38,662 nucleotides of DNA, from NCBI GenBank assembly GCA_964628995.1, contig CAZVPA010000003.1, positions 6,590 to 45,251 on the forward strand, written 5' to 3'. Below, piece by piece: positions 35,101 to 38,662 of the stretch (within the stretch, counting starts at the first letter, position 1; the number at the start of each line of letters is the position of its first letter). The translations under genes and the position numbers were made by a program. The notes beneath the pieces are model-generated. The model had not been told where the DNA came from, did no database searches, and saw nothing but the letters and a program-made list of their open reading frames with translations. The DNA is from an uncultured Nitrososphaerota archaeon (GTDB lineage Archaea > Asgardarchaeota > Njordarchaeia > Njordarchaeales > Panguiarchaeaceae).

Positions 35101-35653
35101 GGGGCTCCTATACACACATGATACATCATCAGTAGCCTCTGGCCCACTAAGTACGGCATATGTGAAGGCTAAAAACATGGAGGACAAAATAAGGCGACAG
35201 ATAGAAGTTATGAAGAAGGTAATAGCAGTTGATTTTCCAGACGCTATAGGCAAATTCTTGGAGGGGCACATACTAAGAGATATTTTTGGGAACCTTAGAT
35301 CATTCGGTACACAGGCATTTAAATGCATGAAGTGCAGACTAAAGATAAGACGTATACCTCTAAATGGTCGGTGCCCAAGATGTAATGAGCCCCTTCACCT
35401 ATCCGTATATAAAAACATGGTATTGAAGTACTTTAGATTGGCATATCAGATAACGCGTGAATTACCCTATAATGATTTTCGTGCCCAACAATTCGAACGA
35501 TTTATGGTAACAGACTTTCTTATTTTAAATAAACCATCAACAATAATGTTGGATGAAGTACTAAACAAAAACTCAGAAGAGCCTCACAGAAAACCAGTCG
35601 ACGCAAAAATCGTGATAAAGAGGACAAAAATAGATCTTTCACACTTTATTTAG
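32129..35653 (+). CDS. polC: DNA polymerase II (PolD) large catalytic subunit DP2
   Basis: The 1174-aa protein shows the DP2 hallmarks I recognise: an N-terminal domain, GAVLVINDG, clustered CxxC zinc modules (CRKC...CPKCGG...CPRCGG), the HPYWHAAKRRNCDGDEDA catalytic region and a C-terminal CMKC...CPRC. No intein-sized insertion is evident. Confidence 0.93.
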   Translation: MGELAVPEIEIPEDLKCSGEYRQYFNDLIEKTKKAYKIALLARSKGLDPDIKPEVSLAYDLASRVEAMVGPRGIAKRIRELQKEGKELEEIAIIIAREIAEGIWMPEEANKEKIAEQAIRTALAIVTNGVVAAPLEGIVKVKIRPEGHLAVYYAGPIRSAGGTETAMSILIADTVRRVLGLKKYVPTEGEINRMIEEVFLYKRYKNLQYPPNREKIIFAMEHIPVEINGEGTDKEVQMYRRVRHVDTPKIRGGAVLVINDGFIAKAKKLLKIIRRLNIDGWDWLEELSKIGEQKSNENEEENMKKAEKIAPNRSYMKDVVVGRPIFSSPMHSGGFRLRYGRSRNTGLAAVGIHPATMHLLDDFPAIGTQIKPERPGKGAIVLPVDTIEPPIVRLKNGSVIRVETPELAMRIRSDIDKILFLGDMLVAVGEFLENNHIILPSPIVEEWWIQELKEAIEGRLGGADIREMVDKCLGDPEFMINLCEKLGIPWHPRYTYYWKNVSAKEAVRLSEYILKTNSDGVLPWEGDIKEILEKLLVPHQVKGDKIVLQKEDMLVLKKVSEYIEKTNLDKEKLEEINGLDLLRSLGLRIYDRYTIFIGARMGRPEKAKERQMKPAVHVLFPMGEAGKQTRSIMRMLEKKKKFEIEATSRYCRKCKIFTYRMLCPKCGGRTTLVYMCANKTCGYFSERKIDKCPRCGGSKIVTYRRYVVDFRELLKEVEKKYGVSPPQDLKCVIGLISKNKVPEEIVKGVLRAKYGLWVFRDGTIRFDATNAPLTHFKPAEIGVSISKLRELGYTRDIQGRPLKHPDQIVELKVQDIIISENGAEYLVKVANFIDELLVKVYGMKPYYNVRSKDDLIGKLVIGLAPHTSAGIIGRIIGFTKARCTYAHPYWHAAKRRNCDGDEDAIMLLLDALLNFSREYLPKSRGGQMDAPLIVTVILNPLEVDSEVYNMDTTDRLPLEFYRKSLEYPEPREIEDIIPNVEKRLGKPEQFEGLLYTHDTSSVASGPLSTAYVKAKNMEDKIRRQIEVMKKVIAVDFPDAIGKFLEGHILRDIFGNLRSFGTQAFKCMKCRLKIRRIPLNGRCPRCNEPLHLSVYKNMVLKYFRLAYQITRELPYNDFRAQQFERFMVTDFLILNKPSTIMLDEVLNKNSEEPHRKPVDAKIVIKRTKIDLSHFI

Positions 35654-36206
35654 ACCGTATCCTAGGGGCCTTAAGGAACTTGAGATGGGCAAGGAACTCT
35701 CGATACTTGCTTATGGCGATGAATATGAGCAATGATATGAAGCCGAAGGGTAAATGATACGCTAAGACCTTTATTATGTACCCACCCTTGGTTATAAAGA
35801 AGAAGCGAGGGAGCTCACTATACGGCAAGGCTGAATGCGTACCTTCTGGACTGTAGTATCCTAAGCCTTCAGCAATAATCAGTACTGATATTGATATAAA
35901 GATTATGAATTCATAGAAGATCATCGTCTCAAGATTTCTCGCCGATACTATGGCTACCAATAATGCTAATACAAATATAAGTATTAGGATGCGGATCATG
36001 GGGAATGACGACGTTATTGCCATGGCTGTTGAGAAATATAGCGGGGCACTAGTTAGAATGTAGAGGGTATCAAGCAGGGATGGGTAGAAATGCATGTTAT
36101 TGGTCATGATTGGTCCAATAATACAGATTATGTTATCGACAATGTTAAGTATTAATACTATTAGGATAAAGCGCGATAACCATCTGAATAGGCCCATATC
36201 AGCCAC
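35646..36206 (-). CDS. Integral membrane protein, unknown function
   Basis: The 186-aa protein has about 5-6 TM helices. It overlaps the upstream TPR gene by 8 nt, which suggests an operon. Confidence 0.5.
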   Translation of the reverse strand: MADMGLFRWLSRFILIVLILNIVDNIICIIGPIMTNNMHFYPSLLDTLYILTSAPLYFSTAMAITSSFPMIRILILIFVLALLVAIVSARNLETMIFYEFIIFISISVLIIAEGLGYYSPEGTHSALPYSELPRFFFITKGGYIIKVLAYHLPFGFISLLIFIAISKYREFLAHLKFLKAPRIRSK

Positions 36207-37272
36207 CAGTTTCTTGGTACCTCTTAAGGAGCGTTGCGATTAGCTTTATATACTCATCATTTGGGTCAAGCATATATGCAGTCCAAAGATAGTTGAATGC
36301 CTGTTTTGGGTTCTTCTTCTCAAGATAGCAGATGGAAAGATTTATGAGCGCTCTTATTCTCAAAAATTTGTTTGTGGTATTAATCAAAGCCTTGAAGGCT
36401 ATAGTGGCTTCGTTTAGTCTACCCATATTAAGGAGAATTTCCCCACGTACTAATCTCGCAAAGGGACTAGGCTTTATTCTCAAAGCACTCGTAATTAGGT
36501 CTAATGCCAGCCGATAGTCCCCCTGTAGCATATATAATTGGGCCAAATTTACTCGTGCCTCGAATCCTTTCATTCTGTCCCTCTCTGCGAATGCTAATGC
36601 GTATTGCAGTTCCGTGAATGAGCGGGTTGGATTATCCATCAAAAAGTATATCTTGCCAAGGGCAGCTCTGGGCATATATCCATCAGAAACGTTAATCACA
36701 TTTTTAAGGCTATTGACCGCATCACTAAGCCGTGATATTGAGGCAAATACTATTGACAGATATGGTGTTAGGATATATTTTTGATCACGTGTTAGTTCAT
36801 CAAATAGGCCATTCCTAAAAGCGTAATATAGTGCAAAGCATACGGCTCTAGAGAGAGGACAGATCCATACGGGTACTGTAGGAGATCCGTATTTCCGCCT
36901 CAAAAAAATGGATAGCCGCTCATCCAATAATTGGTTAAATGATAGTAAAGCTAGGGGTAGGTGGTGGCCAACGTGGAAAATCAATAGGGGTATCCTGAGC
37001 ATACTTAAGCACCAAATTATGTCCTCTGGGCGTCTTAACGCGATGTCGCCAAGAATACGGTATTCCAGTAGCTTAATGCCAGTATCATCAACATCTTTAC
37101 AGCTTATTAGGAATTTATCTGTAATCCTTATTATGTCCTGATAGTCGTGTTTAAGTAGTTTTATGGCTAGCAGGTTCAGAACGGAGGAACATGTATTAGC
37201 ATTACCTAGCTTTCTCTCCGCAGAATCGAGATCTCCCGCAAGTAGGTCAAGAAGCCAATCTAAGTCATCCAT
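36199..37272 (-). CDS. TPR-repeat protein
   Basis: The C-terminal half has consecutive 34-aa TPR-like units (VNLAQLYMLQGDYRLALDLITSALRIKP, RGEILLNMGRLNEATIAFKALI, LINLSICYLEKKNPKQAFNYLWTAYMLDPND). Confidence 0.7.
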   Translation of the reverse strand: MDDLDWLLDLLAGDLDSAERKLGNANTCSSVLNLLAIKLLKHDYQDIIRITDKFLISCKDVDDTGIKLLEYRILGDIALRRPEDIIWCLSMLRIPLLIFHVGHHLPLALLSFNQLLDERLSIFLRRKYGSPTVPVWICPLSRAVCFALYYAFRNGLFDELTRDQKYILTPYLSIVFASISRLSDAVNSLKNVINVSDGYMPRAALGKIYFLMDNPTRSFTELQYALAFAERDRMKGFEARVNLAQLYMLQGDYRLALDLITSALRIKPSPFARLVRGEILLNMGRLNEATIAFKALINTTNKFLRIRALINLSICYLEKKNPKQAFNYLWTAYMLDPNDEYIKLIATLLKRYQETGG

Positions 37273-37322
37273 TTTTCAAGCCCCTCCAACATAAAGTTTT
37301 TTCTCCAAATAAATTAGATTGC

Positions 37323-38654
37323 TTGTCAATGCAAGATCTTTTGGGTGTCGGAATGGTGTATGTAAAAGACGACATAGGAAGCCTGGACTCAAAAATAGGT
37401 AAATATGTCAGGGTCTGTGGATGGATAAGGCATGTGCGTGACCTTGGAAAGCTGGTGTTTTGGAGGATTATCGACTCAACTGGGGAGACCCAAGTAGTAT
37501 TTAAACGGGGTGAGGTTGCTGAGGATATGCTTAAAATAGCGAAGAAAGCAGCACTCATGAGTGCAGTAATAGTGGAGGGAGTCGTCAGGAAGGCAAAGAC
37601 CAAGGGTGGAAAGGAGATCGTTCCCGAGAAAGTTAAGGTGATGCCTAGTGAACCAGTACTACCAATAGACCCTATAGGCGAGACAAGTGAGCTAGCATTA
37701 CGGTTAAACTATCGGACGTTAGATCTACGGAACCCGCGAAGATATGCTATTTTTAGGATAAGATCAACGATCGCTCAAGGGTTTAGGGAGTATTTCTATG
37801 GGAAGGGCTTTGTGGAGATACATACACCGTCAATAAGTCTTTATGTTGCCGAGGGAGGTGCCGATGTCTTTGAGGTCAGATATTTTGATAGACGGGCATA
37901 TTTATGTCAATCGCCCCAGCTATATAAGCAATTGGCTGTTGGTGGATTGGAGCGGGTTTTCGAAATTGTACCCGCATTTAGAGCGGAAAAACATTGGACG
38001 ATAAGGCATCTATGTGAGTTCACATCAATGGATATTGAGGTCGCATGGATAGAGGATATAGAACCACTACTAAGATATGCTGAGGAGGTAATAGTGCATA
38101 TATTTAAGAAGCTAAGAGAAGATGCGGTGAAGGAATTTGAGACGCTGGGACTCGAGGCCCCAGAGATCCCTGATAGACCATTCCCGATAATGACGTGGAA
38201 TGAGGCACTAATGTTGATTAAGAATGAGGGAATAGAGGTTGAGGGGAAGGATATCCCTCCGGCTGGGGAAAAATTCCTGTGGAGATATGTGAGGGAGCGC
38301 TATGGCTCAGACTTTGTATGGATTGTTGATTGGCCATTCGACATAAGGCCATTCTATGCGATGAAATATCCAAATACAAACATAACAAAGAGCATGGATC
38401 TACTGTATAGGGGGCTAGAAATACTAACTGGCGGACAACGCGAACACAGATATGACATCCTAAAGAAACAGATTATGGAAAAGAACCTCAATCCATCAAA
38501 ATTTGGTTTCTATCTCGAGGCATTCAAATATGGTTTTCCCCCACATGGAGGCTGGGCGATAGGTCTTGACAGAATAACTATGCAGATACTCAATCTCAAA
38601 AATATAAGGGAGGCAGTACTATTCCCAAGAGACCCCGAGCGAATAGAGCCATAG
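37323..38654 (+). CDS. aspS: Aspartyl-tRNA synthetase (archaeal/eukaryal type, class IIb)
   Basis: The N-terminal OB anticodon-binding domain is present (VRVCGWIRHVRDLGKLVFWRIIDSTG). Class II motif 2 is FRAE (VPAFRAEKH), GGQREHR follows, and motif 3 is GGWAIGLDR. ATG at 37329 is an alternative start. Confidence 0.92.
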   Translation: MSMQDLLGVGMVYVKDDIGSLDSKIGKYVRVCGWIRHVRDLGKLVFWRIIDSTGETQVVFKRGEVAEDMLKIAKKAALMSAVIVEGVVRKAKTKGGKEIVPEKVKVMPSEPVLPIDPIGETSELALRLNYRTLDLRNPRRYAIFRIRSTIAQGFREYFYGKGFVEIHTPSISLYVAEGGADVFEVRYFDRRAYLCQSPQLYKQLAVGGLERVFEIVPAFRAEKHWTIRHLCEFTSMDIEVAWIEDIEPLLRYAEEVIVHIFKKLREDAVKEFETLGLEAPEIPDRPFPIMTWNEALMLIKNEGIEVEGKDIPPAGEKFLWRYVRERYGSDFVWIVDWPFDIRPFYAMKYPNTNITKSMDLLYRGLEILTGGQREHRYDILKKQIMEKNLNPSKFGFYLEAFKYGFPPHGGWAIGLDRITMQILNLKNIREAVLFPRDPERIEP

Positions 38655-38662
38655 GATATAGA

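Noticed and set aside
32267-35328. There are many minus-strand ORFs inside polC (for example 32584-33015, 33070-33456, 34174-34482 and 35008-35328), and I also considered an intein in DP2.
   Set aside because: The antisense ORFs are shadows of a 1174-aa gene with continuous DP2 homology. The DP2 length and the uninterrupted catalytic region give no room for an intein.

Overview
This is a densely packed archaeal chromosomal segment of about 41-42% GC. The tRNAs are GC-rich and the proteins are rich in Lys, Glu, Arg and Ile, which suggests a thermophile. Nearly all genes are core informational or metabolic genes. They include three tRNAs plus one tRNA cut by the window edge, ribosomal proteins S3Ae and S26e, RNA polymerase subunit H, Spt4, the oligosaccharyltransferase AglB, an RPA-like ssDNA-binding protein and ZPR1. 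Also present are an Lhr helicase, a MiaB/MtaB-type methylthiotransferase, SHMT and ThyX, tRNA-splicing endonuclease, PyrB, the RNase P subunit Pop5 and a four-subunit pyruvate:ferredoxin oxidoreductase operon. The window ends with RNase Z, DnaG, PRPP synthetase, the PolD large subunit (DP2) and AspRS. DP2 together with eS26 points to a PolD-bearing TACK-type lineage; I cannot name the organism. The only clearly accessory content is a vapBC pair flanked by unusually long non-coding DNA, and an orphan PglZ-domain protein with a small coiled-coil partner. The points most worth follow-up are: (1) RpoH appears to be a full-length eukaryote-type Rpb5, but its N-terminal domain has no canonical start codon; (2) a TRAP-beta-like membrane protein lies directly after AglB; (3) the non-BREX PglZ pair; (4) a textbook C/D box sRNA is missing from the ORF track; (5) tRNA-Lys carries an insertion outside the canonical intron position. 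All homology calls come from reading motifs by eye and from remembered family signatures. No searches were run.
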